Source: Octopus vulgaris (Eukaryota). Taken from it: a stretch of 64,000 bases of DNA. A program made the translations under genes and the position numbers. Below are positions 38,085-51,025 of this stretch, one piece after another. The notes under the pieces are model-generated. The model did no database searches, was not told the origin of the DNA, and was given only the letters and a program-made list of their open reading frames with translations. The stretch spans positions 46,314,001-46,378,000 of the forward strand of contig OX597821.1 of assembly GCA_951406725.2 (NCBI GenBank). Direction: 5' to 3'. The stretch's first letter is position 1. Every line of letters begins with the position of its first letter.

Positions 38085-38490
38085 AGGAGTGGAACTGGTT
38101 TTTCTGAAAGCAGAGTGAACAGAGTTAGAAAGAAGTGGAAAAAATTTAGGGAGCTATTACCTCAGCTAGTAATAAAGGATTTCTCTCTGAGTGATGAATA
38201 TGTTCAAAGTATGATGTTAGATGAGAATGGAACATGGACATTGAATGCAGATGATATAAAAAGGATAGAAAGAAGTGAAGTATATAATGTTACTGTGCAT
38301 GAACATGTACAAATGAGCTGAGAAAACAACAAAGTATAAACGATGAATAGACAGATCATGATGAAGATAAGTAGAAGGAAGACCTGAGAAGAGGAGGTAA
38401 AAGCTGATTTCAGGAGACTCAAAACGGTGAGGACAGAGGGGCATACAACAAAAGGTGAGATTCTTTTGTGAATAATGTAAAATGGTGATG
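38085..38490 (+). mobile_element. Decayed RTE LINE C-terminal fragment
   Basis: GFSESRVNRVRKKWKKFRELLPQLVIKDFSL resembles the 39347-40102 ORF. Confidence 0.6.
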
Positions 38491-38669
38491 GACAAACTTC
38501 AGAATGGATAAATTATATTGGTACAGCTTGGTGGAACCTCAAAAAGCTGGTTCATCAGTCGGCATCATTAGACTGTGGCTGGCGTAATGGAACAGGTGCT
38601 TTATTTGCATATTCAAAACGTTTCCTTTAAACAAATTTAAAAGATAGATGTATATATATATATATATAT

Positions 38670-38894
38670 ACGAGGAGTGTCTGAAAAGTCTTGAGCCTCA
38701 AAAAAACAAAACATAGTACAAGACTTCTGATGATTTATTTTTCAACATAGTCCCCTTTGATGGCTGAACACTTTCTCCAGTGGTGCTGAAGCACCATTAT
38801 CCTGGCATAGAGAAACTCTTTTGTTTGAGACTCTAAGGAACTTCCTACAGTGTCTATGACGTCATTGTCAGTGGCAAAATGGCAACCAGCCAGG
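38670..38894 (-). mobile_element. Mariner 3'-end fragment abutting the RTE insertion
   Basis: TA-CGAGGAGTGTCTGAAAAGT terminus; minus strand translates LAGCHFATDNDV...HWRKCSAIKGDYVEK*. Confidence 0.75.
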
Positions 38895-38902
38895 GCAATT
38901 TT

Positions 38903-40549
38903 CATTGTACAGAGACGCTGCTAGTAAGGTGAGGGTTGGCAACGAGTACAGTGAAGAATTCCAGGTAGAGGTTGGGGTCCACCAAGGTTCAGTCCTCAGT
39001 CCCCTCCTATTTATCATAGTCCTCCAGGCAATAATGGAGGAATTCAAGACAGGAGCTCCTCTATGCTGATGACCTTGCTCTAATTGCTGAGTCACTATCA
39101 GAACTGGAGGAGAAGTTTCAGGTGTGGAAGCAAGGTTTAGAATCGAAGGGCCTTAGAATCAACCTAGCCAAAACCAAAGTCCTAATAAGTAGGAATCTAG
39201 ACCAATCACAAACGCCTTCAGGTAGATGGTCCTGCTCGATCTGTAAAAAGGCGTAGGTAGAAACTCTATAAGGTGCACCAAGTGTAAGCTATGGACACAT
39301 AAGAGGTGTAGCAATGTCAAAGGAAGGCTAACTAGGAAAATAGATTTTGTCTGGCAGATGCTCAGGAGCAATAAACGCTGAAAATGTGCAGAGACTAACT
39401 TCTACCACGTTCCAGGGAGAAAAACAAGAAGTAGTGGATAGCTTCCGCTACCTAGGTGACCAAGTCAGTAGCGGGGGTGGGTGTGCTGAAAGTGTAACTG
39501 CTAGAGTAAGAATAGCCTGGGCAAAGTTTAGAGAGCTCTTACCCCTGCTGGTGACAAAAGGCCTCTCGCTCAGAGTAAAAGGCAGACTGTATGATGCATG
39601 TGTACGTACAGCCATGCTACATGGTAGTGAAACAGGGGCTGTGACTGCTGAGGATATGTGTAAGCTCGCAAGAAATGAAGCCAGTATGCTCCGATGGATG
39701 TGTAATGTCAGTGTTCATAATCGACAGAGTGTAAGTACCTTGAGAGAAAAGTTGGACCTAAGAAGCATCAGTTGTGGTGTGCAAGAGAGACGTTTGCGCT
39801 GGTATGGTCATGTGACGAGAATGGCTGAAGATAGTTGTGTGCAAAAGTGCCACACCCTAGCAGCTGAGGGAACCTGTGGAAGAGGTAGACCCAGGAAAAC
39901 CTGGGACGAGGTGGTGAAGCACGACCTTCGAACTTTAGGCCTCACCAAGGAAATGACTAGAGACCGAGACCTCTGGAAGTATGCTGTGCGTGAGAAGACT
40001 AGTGAGACCATAACCCGTGGCCTCTGCTTGGTATGTAGCCAGTCGACTTATACATACCTTTCCTTCTTGGGACACAAAACTCCACTTGTGAAGACTCGTT
40101 GAGGCAAGTGAAAATCAAAATCAAAATCAAACCAAATCAAATCAGACATCAGAAAGCAGAACCAAAATCGAAGTTGATCAACATCAATGGAAATTGCAGC
40201 TGTGATACCAGTGCTGGTGACAAGTAAGCGAACCACCCGATCGTGGCTGTTGCCAGCGCCGCCCCGTGCTTTTTCCGTGCCGGTGGCTCGTAAAAAGCAC
40301 CATCCGTTCGTGGCCGTTGCCAGCCTCGCCTGGCCCCCGTGCCGGTGGCACGTAAAAAGCACCATCCGTCCGTGGCCGTTTGCCAGCTCCGGGTGGCACG
40401 TAAAAAGCACCCACTACACTCAGGAAGTGCATCAGCCGTAGAAACACTGCCAGATCAGACTGGGCCTGATGCAGCCTTCTGACTTTACAGACCCCAGTTG
40501 AACCGTCCAACCCATGCTAGCATAGAAAGCGGACGCTAAATGATGATGA

Positions 40550-40552
<3 letters not shown>
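38903..40552 (+). mobile_element. Relatively young 5'-truncated RTE LINE with complete 3' UTR and (TGA)n tail
   Basis: VGVHQGSVLSPLLF, ELLYADDL, Cys/His-rich insert, 251-aa ORF 39347-40102 (FRYLG...RLYDACVRTAMLHGSET...RRLRWYGHV...RGRGRPRKTW). Confidence 0.93.
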
Positions 40553-40583
<31 letters not shown>

Positions 40584-40585
<2 letters not shown>

Positions 40586-40970
40586 GAAACGATAGACAGA
40601 AAATGGAATACATGGGAAACTTTATTACTCACAACAGTCGTTTCAACACATCTTGCATTGATCTCTTGTGGGTGGGAAACTACACAACTAGTTGTGGTGC
40701 ATCCTTCAGGTCAGATGTGTCTCAGGTGATGTAATGAGATGTATCTTGTTAAATAAACTCTGTTTCACTTGGATTTAATATATCATGTTGTTAGTGACCA
40801 TAGGTTTAAGACGTTCTTCTTATTACATCACCTGACAAGACACTTCAGCACTGATCGGTGCACCACAGCTACTCGCATAGTGTACCACTCGCGATGCAGG
40901 ATGTGTATAAACGATCATCCTGAACTATAAAGTTTCTTCAGAATTCCATTTCCCATCTCTATCATTTGTT
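40584..40970. repeat. Diverged fold-back inverted repeat (~390 bp)
   Basis: Nested complementary blocks AAACTTTAT/ATAAAGTTT, ACACATCTTGCA/TGCAGGATGTGT, TAGTTGTGGTGCA/TGCACCACAGCTA, TCAGGTGATGTAAT/ATTACATCACCTGA. Confidence 0.8.
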
Positions 40971-41090
40971 TTATACTCAACGTCTACCGAGGAATTCCTG
41001 ACAGCGACAATTGTGTAATTACAATGGATAACGCCAGGTAGCCATAGGCAGTGAATGTACCCAACACTTAAATATTAACTTATATAAAGA

Positions 41091-43177
41091 CTAGCAAATG
41101 TCCCCCGTCCATTGGACGGTGTAAGTTCGTGAAAGGACTGGAGTGTAAAAAATAGTGTAATTATGCTTCTGCGTGGTGCGCTGGCGACTGCAGTAGAAGC
41201 AGCATTGCGAGTACACCGGAGTTCTTCTTGTTGGGCTGTCTACGATGCTCTGGTGATCGAAGTAGAAGCAGCATGGCGAGCGCGTCGAAGCACCCATTGT
41301 TCTGTCTCGCTTGCCCGCAAGGAACGCAAAACGGAAGCATTTGTGTGACTCTTGTTTTTCCGAGGCATACTATCGAAAATCTGTAACTGAATGAATCTTT
41401 CAAAAATCAATTAAATTTACTTTGTAGCTGTTAGCAAGCTTTAAATATGGTATTTCAACACAAAACATTCCCACAACGCTAAAGCGCACAATTATTTGCA
41501 ACGGTATTGTAAGCACCAAATGGCACATGGATGCGGACTTTTATGAATGAGCATTCACATCTATAAGCACATGTGGACAGAGCGTGTTTCGAGAAAATCG
41601 ATATTCTATCGACCAAAAGTGTAACTGTGATAAAATGTAAACGATCGATGCAAACGCCAGTGCACTGACAGGTAGCAGAAGGTAGTGGGTATTTCTAAGA
41701 AATATCACACTTAAGTGCGAAATTTAAATAAAAAGAATGTGCAAATCGAAACGGTTTCTCGGACTTCTCTGAAAATAAAAGACAGCCAAAACCGGGCTTC
41801 CTTTGGGGGAAAACAGATGATAGCATGAAAAATACCTTGTATCAATTTGGAATTAATGAAAATTCTTCATAAATAAAGTTACTTAATTCCACGTAACCGG
41901 AAAACTTCAAATGGGATATAGGGTTCGGAAATATGCGATGTTGACCGATAAAGTAGCAAACCTTGTGGATAAATAAGCTACTAGAACCAACCGAACAGTG
42001 TTTTTTTTTTCTTTTTAGAATGTAACCGATGAATTTGATCTGTAAAATTCGTAAAAATGATGAGAATATTTGCCAAAATATCGTTCAATTATGCTTACAA
42101 ATAAAAAATAGGTCATAATAAGAAATGCTGATACTAATATTCCTTCTTCATGACATAGAATTAAAGAATAAATAATGGGCATGTATGTGTCAAATCAAGT
42201 GAGTCACGCAAAAGTCAAAAAAATACCGCTCATTTTTTTGTTTTATATAAGAAAATGTTAGCTAAAGTTTTAGATATTTGTCACCTAAATTTCCATGTTC
42301 CATAACTAGTGCCATTTATTCATTAAAGTTAATATTTTATTCCATTTTTACATATTCAAAATAATTGCCTTGTCTTTCTAACTATTTTGTGTCAACTTAT
42401 TTATTAAACACAGAATGAAATGCCTGGATGCACGTATAAAGTACAGTTCATTCTAGAATGATATAAGTCGTAGAGGTTTAATATTTTGATTGAATAGTAA
42501 TTAATTGTAACGATAGCAATTGTAACGGGAGAAATTGATTGGGTAAACAAGTTTGTTATTAAAACGGCAAGTTGTAAAATGTGTAAGAACAAAGTGCATA
42601 AGGTTTTAGGAAATGTTTATTTACCGTTACGTTAGAATACCTTGCCTCGACGGGCAGGTAGATAAATCGAAAAGCATGCGAAAGTTAGGTTAGATGTGGG
42701 AGAATTTTTTTGTGCTTGGTTTGGCGTACACAAATTGTTAGTAATTGCTGAGACAGATAGAGTGTTGTTGTAGGAGAACAGAATTGGAGCTAGAGAGAAG
42801 TGTTGGGTGTTGTCTGACAGTAAACTTCATTTCTCTCTCTGACCAAGGCTGGTCAGCTAGACCGAGGTGACTGACTGATTTTTGTTTGGGATGTGCTTGC
42901 TTTTATAACTATCCAGAAGGATAGATATATCATTGAGAGCAATAGACTTAGTTGGTGGTCTTGTTATCTATTCTAGCTTTTGGTGAAGTAGAAGAGGTTA
43001 GAAAGAGTCAAGTGGTGAAGACATTATAGCGGCCTAGCTAAAAGGCATCTAGAAAATGTAAAAACTGCTGTCAGAGAAAAACCATTGTTCCATCGTGGTA
43101 AAAGTTCTGTAGCAGTGTTAATTCAAATTTGGCTATAGTGGATGGAATCCACTTCATGCATGCAAGATTCGCTACAT

Positions 43178-43210
<33 letters not shown>

Positions 43211-44262
43211 TGCACACACTTCCGGCGGCCTCAGAGTATCACTAAGATATTTCTAAAAGGCTGCAATTTCTATTGCAAAAATAAAAATAAAACTTTAAAA
43301 AAGCTCTGAATGTTTTCCTGAGTGATAAAGAATACATTTGAAGAAATACAAATTGAAATATCTTAAACAGAAAGAATCGTTTGCGAATGTACGAAGTGTA
43401 AACATTCTATCGTACATTGGGCATTGCAAATAATAACACGTCAACTTTACGAAATTTCTAAAATAACTGCGATTTTCAATCGAAAAAATCACAATCTAAA
43501 TAACTCCTGAGTGAAACAACACATTTAAAGAAATACCAACTATAATTTATAGAAGAGAGGGGATGGGGGAAAATCCCTTACGAATACACGAAACAAACAG
43601 TGTATCGTATCAAGCAGCACATGGTATTACAATAATTTGAAAAGAAGTTCCGAATCTTCCACTGCCTTGGAAATACCCGTCTCTTAGGAAAAACTGGATA
43701 AGTATCTTTGTGCATTTTCTGTCATTTATTGAAAGTTATTATTAGACGAAAGTAGAAGGTTTTTGACTTACGAGATTATTGCTTATTATAGATAGGTTCA
43801 GATTTCTTTAGGTTCAAATTTCGTTACTCCTAATTTAACAGCATTTCCGTAGTCACGTGTAGGCATGTATTTATTTCTTTATTTACATTCCCCATCCAAA
43901 TCAATTCGGTTAATGTTGATACTTTCACCCTCACGATTTTCACTAAGAAAAAAAAAAACGGATTTTTTGCCAGGAATCAGGTACCCTGACCTCTGAACAT
44001 GCTACAAACCCCTTATTATTGTTCGGACAAAAGGGGAGGAGTGCAATACCTCCCCCTATCTCGGAATTATTGGATTTTTAAAATTTTTTCGGTGAATTAT
44101 TTCGGTGACCTAATATGCCGCAAAACCCATTTTTGAGTACGGAAAACGGGGTGGGGTGGAACGGAATGGAATCCTCGAAAATTTTATACCATACTCGCAA
44201 CATTTTACAGAAATACATTTTACAGAGTGTGAATTACATGGTTCCTTATTGAATATATAGAG
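41091..44262 (-). mobile_element. Non-autonomous Helitron (~3.2 kb, probably with nested inserts)
   Basis: Minus-strand 3' end: hairpin CCGTCCA-A-TGGACGG (41105-41119), 10 nt, CTAG|T at 41091; candidate 5' TCTCTATATATTCAATAA near 44262. Confidence 0.6.
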
Positions 44263-44337
44263 AATGTGGATTAATATGTTGACATTTATATTGTGTATAT
44301 TTTACACTGAAAATACTTTTTCTGAAATCGTAGTGTA

Positions 44338-44382
<45 letters not shown>

Positions 44383-44387
44383 TATAC

Positions 44388-44445
<58 letters not shown>

Positions 44446-44581
44446 AGATGAATAATCTTGTTGCAGATTAATCAAAAGTTTAACCGATACCTTGGTAGCA
44501 AAAATCACAGCAGAAGAAAGCACGGTTGGAGATAAAACCTTTTGGTGTTGCAACCGTGCGTTGGTGTGGATAATTGAATTT

Positions 44582-45137
<556 letters not shown>

Positions 45138-45300
45138 CGAAAGAAGGTTTGAAAATGCAATTTTAAAAGATATTTATTTACTTTACCGGTTTCACTCTTT
45201 GGAAAAAGATTGTCCAAAGTAACATGTAGAAGTTTGGTATATATATATATATATATACCAAACTTCGACATGTTAATTTTGACAATCTTTATATATATAT

Positions 45301-45366
45301 GGAGGCGCAATGGCCCAGTGGTTAGGGCAGCGAACTCGCGGTCGTAGGATCGCGGTTTCGATTCCC
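45301..45366 (+). mobile_element. tRNA-like SINE head (truncated)
   Basis: GGAGGCGCAATGGCCCAGTGGTTAGGGC...GCGGTTTCGATTCCC (A and B boxes); longer copy at 60268-60550. Confidence 0.75.
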
Positions 45367-45783
45367 ACTATCATACATGGCTCTAGTAACACAGGAATGG
45401 ATGGCTGAAAATGTTCATGATCACATAACCCCTAACATTTCGCCTCCTAATTCTTCAGATCTCAATTTATTGGACTAATGTGGGACGTTGTTGGGAGAGA
45501 GGTGAATGAACACGCTCATAACACCAAAGATTCTTTGAAAGCTGCCATAGTCAGAGTAATGTCTAAAATGAATCAGGACCACTTGATTCGAGCATGTAGA
45601 TGATTTAGATCTCATATAGAAGCAATTGTTGAAGGTGAAGGTGGCTTTATTGAACAACATTATAGAAAAGAAGGTTTATGTTTATCCTCATAGCATTTTT
45701 TGATAAATAGAATTATCATCTGTTATTATATATATGTTTTTTATAAACATTAACCTGTCCTCAGATATCTTACGCATCCTGTA
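45367..45783 (+). mobile_element. Tc1/mariner-superfamily (maT-like) 3' fragment
   Basis: TQEWMAEN...PPNSSDLN...HNTKDSLKAAIVRVMSKMNQDHLIRAC...AIVEGEGGFIE; ends CTTACGCATCCTG-TA. Confidence 0.7.
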
Positions 45784-45789
45784 TATATG

Positions 45790-46860
45790 CAAATAACCCC
45801 ACGTCCTAAACCGGCTCGTTCCCGTTTCCGCCCACGCTGCTGCACTTGCCCTTACCTCTCCAATACCACCCTCCTCACAGGCACCCATCATCGACCCTAT
45901 AATATCACTGACTCCTTCACCTGCACTTCTAGCAACGTCATCTACTGCATATCCGGCTCTCTCTGTCCTTCTCTATACATCGGTCAAACGGGACGCCGCT
46001 TGGCTGACCGGTTCGCGGAACACCTCTTAGATATCCGACTCGGCAACAACATCCCGGTCTCGCGCCATTTTCGCTCTATCGGTCACTCTTTACAACACCT
46101 GTCTGTGTTCGGATTGTCCTTGCGCAGGAGCCGTCCGCACTCCCGTTTTCACCGTGAGCAGAGATTAATCTTCTCTCTTCGCTCGTTTGCGTCACATGGG
46201 CTCAACTCTCCACCCCTCTCTCCTCTCTTCCTCTCACACCTACTTCTTCCCACCCACCTCTCTTCTCTTGCTCTGGCACCTACTTCCTCTCGTCACTCCT
46301 ACCCACCTTCTCTCTTCCACTCTCTTCATCGTCACCCCTCCATCGTTATCCCAACTCTACACATTCCAACCCTACCATCCCTATACATCCCATCCCACCC
46401 CAACCAATTGCACCCCACCCTTACTTCCCCCACTCTCACCTCCCCACACCCAAACATCACCACACCACACACCACCATACCGCCCCGCACACACTAGCAC
46501 TAACCAGTTCCCAGCACCTACACCATCATCCACGCACCTACACATGCGTACATGCACACGTCAAGGTCACCAGCCCCCTTTCACACGCACATACACCCTC
46601 TCACGTACACACGCACGCGCACCTCGGTTTTGGGATGATCACTACTTTAGTATCTCCCCTTCTTCCTAGCCCTCCTATGTGACCCCTCTTCCGGCATTCG
46701 CCATGATAGGTCGCTAGCCACTAAACCTTTTTCTATTTTCTCTCCCTGTTTATTTCTGTGTTCCTTTCATTCGAAGAGCGTCGGCTCGAAACGTAAAAGA
46801 TTTTCTCACTCCCCGAGTGTTAAACTAATACATCTGTTTGTTGTTTACACACCCGTCTCG
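45790..46860 (+). mobile_element. Penelope-like element 3' part: GIY-YIG endonuclease plus pseudo-LTR with degenerate hammerhead
   Basis: CCTCPY...FTCTSSNVIYCISGSLCPSLYIGQTGRRLADRFAEH...VSRHF...HREQRLIFSL...GLN; hammerhead-like CTTT-CATTCGA-A-GAGC-GTCG-GCTC-GAAAC-GTA-AAAG at 46764-46799. Confidence 0.9.
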
Positions 46861-46943
<83 letters not shown>

Positions 46944-47381
46944 TGTATGTATATATATATATGTGTGCGTGTAATAGAGATGTATGTGTGTATTCGCTTT
47001 CACGTGAAAACAGCTTTACCAATTACTTCCATACTTGTGATATATGAATAATTTGATCTCGAACATATAATAGGGTCTTCATTTGAATCTATTATTAAAT
47101 AAAAAAAAATATTGCTTTATATTTATGAGTCCCCTCTTTAAAAGGGTTTCTCAATCTCAATGTCAACTTTCGGTATGGACGTATAAACGGCAGAGTCGCT
47201 TACTCTCTATTTTAATGTTCGCTATTTGTAAACAACTAGGATAAATTACCGAAAGAAATATTTACGAAGTTCACAAATTTACAGATTTGGGACGAGATAG
47301 TTTTTAACGTGCTTTTATATATACGATTTTGTCATTCCATTTTTATCTCATTCTTTGTTTGCAATAGTCTCTCTCCCTCTC

Positions 47382-47454
<73 letters not shown>

Positions 47455-47764
47455 TCCTTCAGGTTTGATTTCGTTCTGAACTCGCACACTTCGTAAACTT
47501 TTTTTTTTTCTATTTTCTTTTTGCACGCTATGTTCAGCTCTATATATTTCTAGTCAGTCACACTCACACGTGATTTTTCTATGTACATTTGTATACATTT
47601 ATGTATGTGTGTGTCTGTGTCTGTATGTGTGTGTGAGTGAGGGGGTTGTGTTGTCATGTATACGTACATAGATAAATACATACGCATACATCTTTTTTTC
47701 TATGTGTGTGTGTGTGTGTGAGAAAGGGACGCCTAAATGACTCTCCCTCTCTCTCTCTCTCATG

Positions 47765-47795
<31 letters not shown>

Positions 47796-47959
47796 ACACG
47801 TCTATTTAATCTGTTTGATACTGTATGTATATGTATTTGTGTGTGCGTGTGTGTGTGTGTGCGCGCATGCGTGCAGCGTTGCACAATTGCCATAAAAGAA
47901 GTAGAGGAATTTTCTTTCTTGATTTTCGGGTGGCACAGACAAAATATTTGTAACATTGC

Positions 47960-48935
47960 TTCTCTCCAAGGTAAGGCAACAAAAAATAATTGCAGTTGCT
48001 GTAACATTGTCTGGCTTTGCTGCCACCATTCTCCCAAGAGGACGAGCAGCTCATTCTGCTTTTAAATTACCACTAGACCTGGTCACGAATGGCAGTTCAA
48101 TTTGTAAAATAAGCAAAGATTCAGGTCCAGCAGAAGTGTCGTGCCAATACCACCTTATCATTTGGGATGAATGCACCATGTCACATAGGGGGCGCAATGG
48201 AAGCTCTTGATAAGACCTTACTGGACATCAGAGGCAAGAATAACTCAATGGGAGCAGTTAAATTAGTTTTATCAGGAGACTTCAAATAGGCATTACCAGT
48301 CATTCCGAGACGAACAAGATCTGATGAAATAAAAGCATGCATTAAGTCTTCACACCTATGAAATTAAAGTGCAGAAATTCTCCTTCAATACTAACATGCG
48401 AGTTTTATTATATGGGGACCAAAGTGCAGAACAGTTTTCAACCTGGCTCCCCCAGTTAGGAAATGGGAAAGTGCCATTTGATGGGAATGGTGATATCAGT
48501 TTGGCTCATCTTGCTATCATGGTGAATTCCCCAACTGAATTGAAGAACAGAGCATTTCCAGACTTAAGTAATAATTATAATTTACAATGGTTGTGTGAAA
48601 GGGCAATTCTAATAACCCCCACCAAAAAAAAAACAACATAGAGACAGTAGCAAGGATTAACCATGAAATAATGAATAAGATTCCAGCAGTCATTAAGAAG
48701 TACAAATCAGTTGATTCGGTCCTTGATGAAAATTAAGCTGCTCATTATCCAACAGAGTTCCTTAATTCTCTTGAGCCACTTGGAACTCCTCCACATAAAC
48801 TTTTTTCTGAAGGTAGGAGTCCTAATAATGTTTCTAATAAATTTAGATCCGCCTAAATTATGCAATGGGACAAGGTTGATTGTGAAGACATTACCACTTC
48901 ATGTGACAGAAACTACCATCTTCAATGGATGTGCC
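47960..48935 (+). mobile_element. Helitron Pif1-like helicase fragment (pseudogenised)
   Basis: AVAVTLSGFAATILPRGRAAHSAFKLPL, LIIWDECTM, SGDF, NMRV, ERAIL, LKVGVLIMFLINLDPPKLCNGTRLIV across frameshifts. Confidence 0.88.
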
Positions 48936-51025
48936 GGTAGGAATTGTGTTTTTCGGCGAATAGGCGGTACCATCTTTCCTCCGAACATGGCTACCCGAAT
49001 TTCGTCCAAACAATTCAATTTTCGGCTCATCTGTTCATAGAACATTTTCCCAGAATGTATCAGATTTATCTTTATGTTCATAAACAAATTTTAAACGGCA
49101 TCTCTATGCCTTTTAGTCAACAGCGGAGTTTTTCTAGGAGAGCGTGATTTCAGTTCATTCCTATGAAGTTCATTGCTGATTGTTCGTAGTGTAACACTAG
49201 TCCCTGAAGCTAACAAATCTTCTTGCAACTCCTTTCTGGTGATCATTGTTTTTTTTTCCGATTCTTCGCTTCATTTTTCTTAAAGATCTAGGAGAAATCT
49301 TGCGTGGTGCACCGGATCTTATTTCTGTTTTCAACAGTTCCCGATTTTTAAAAAATTCTTTGAATAAATGAAGATATGGTAGAAAATAGAATACAAAAGG
49401 TCTCTGATATTTTCCTGCAACTTTTACCTGCTTTCCACTGTTCAATAATTAAGTTTTTCACTGAATTTGTTAGTTCTTTACTTTTCGCAATTATTACGAT
49501 ACTACTTTATGTTGTCTCAATGCTGAATGAAGAAGCTAGTGTTTTGACACTCAAAAATGACAACTGATAAGATTATTGGAACAAACGAGAAAGCTCTAGT
49601 AAAAAAAATATTTTAACAGTATTTTGTGGCATAGAAAATCATAAATTTATTCTGTACGAATACTTTCAATAGATACTCTAAAAACTTATATATAACACCT
49701 AACTTTGAACTTAAAAGCAATGCCAACCCTCGAACTTCATCGTACCAAAGTTTTCGCTGTCTCGATCTACAGTAAGAACCCAATGCTGTAACACCTTTAA
49801 ATTGATAATAGCCTACATTTAAAACTGGGAGCTAGCCCACGTAAATACAGAAATGAAAGACATAATAATAAAACTTTAAATTGATGACAGATTAAAGATT
49901 TTATCACGATCTATGGACATAAATCTAATTTTGTGTTTAACCCTAGCTGTTGCTTAACTGGAAGCATTTAAAAATCTTATCAAGAATATACGTAGAGGTA
50001 TTTCGCAGCTATTTGAAGATATTGACAGGGAAATTCATTACTGTAATATCTTTTAAGCGAATGAAAACATTAACCCCGAATTCATAAAAAAGAAAACATA
50101 CAATATCATTTCAATTATAGTTTCTTATTCGCTTATCACTAATCGAAGATGTCAAAAACCTTCCTAAATTTCATTGATGGGCACTTCCCTAATAGCCATA
50201 GTTATAAGAACTTACCCATCACACATAACTTTAAGATAAGTTTATCTTCCCCGCTACTGAGACCGATAATTCATGTACAACCACCAGTGCATACATGCTA
50301 TGTGGGTCCTCAGTGCAGAGGACATCATACACAAAGCAGAAATTAACAAACCTTCGTATCACTCATTTTAACATCGTCGCCTATTCGTTAAGAAACATTG
50401 GTGAAGAAATCCAGCAAAGGCTTTCGAGATATCTCAAACCATTGGTTGAAAAAGCCTCGAAACACAAAAAGGAAAATTGTTGACAGAGGAACGCATTATA
50501 AAAATATCAGCGAGAACTATGGCGTAGGTAGAAGACAAAGGCTAATTCTCAAGTATTTACGGCATCCATGGCTATATTTTAAACTGTCGTCTACTGCATT
50601 CATTTTGTATAACTGGATATAGCTACATTAATGAAGAAAATATATTTTCGCTCATGAACAGTGATAGGCGTGGAGGGTGAATGCATATATATGTAAAGGA
50701 TATCGATATGCGTGGAAAAATTACTGAACTTGAAAGCATATGATAACTTAATATATTAATATATATATAGACATATGTGTGTATACATATGTATGGTTCT
50801 CTGTTTGGGCTTAATAGGACAAAATCATAAAACAAAACTCATGCATGAGTGTATACACAGTTATATTTTAATTGGTAAAAACTTACAACGGTAACGAAAA
50901 CACGTGAGTTTTGGCCGTAGTACCTATGAAACTTGCTTTAGATCTGAAAGTTTGTTTTTCCTGTTGTGTGAATTAAAAGGTTTTCTGTAATGCTTCATAA
51001 AAATTCAACATCAAAGAATGACACA

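Noticed and set aside
40280-40412. Repeat-spacer pattern resembling a CRISPR array
   Set aside because: Eukaryotic LINE 3' UTR; spacers are related to each other and no cas genes are present.
45301-45366. Possible tRNA gene
   Set aside because: No closing acceptor stem; the same head continues into a SINE body at 60268-60550.
46187-46669. Pro/Thr/His-rich 160-aa ORF
   Set aside because: Arises from the C-rich low-complexity tract of the Penelope-like element; no domain signal.
47960-48935. Host PIF1 helicase gene
   Set aside because: Intronless, frameshifted, a second fragment occurs at 55570-55930 next to a Helitron terminus, and the motifs are Helitron-type.
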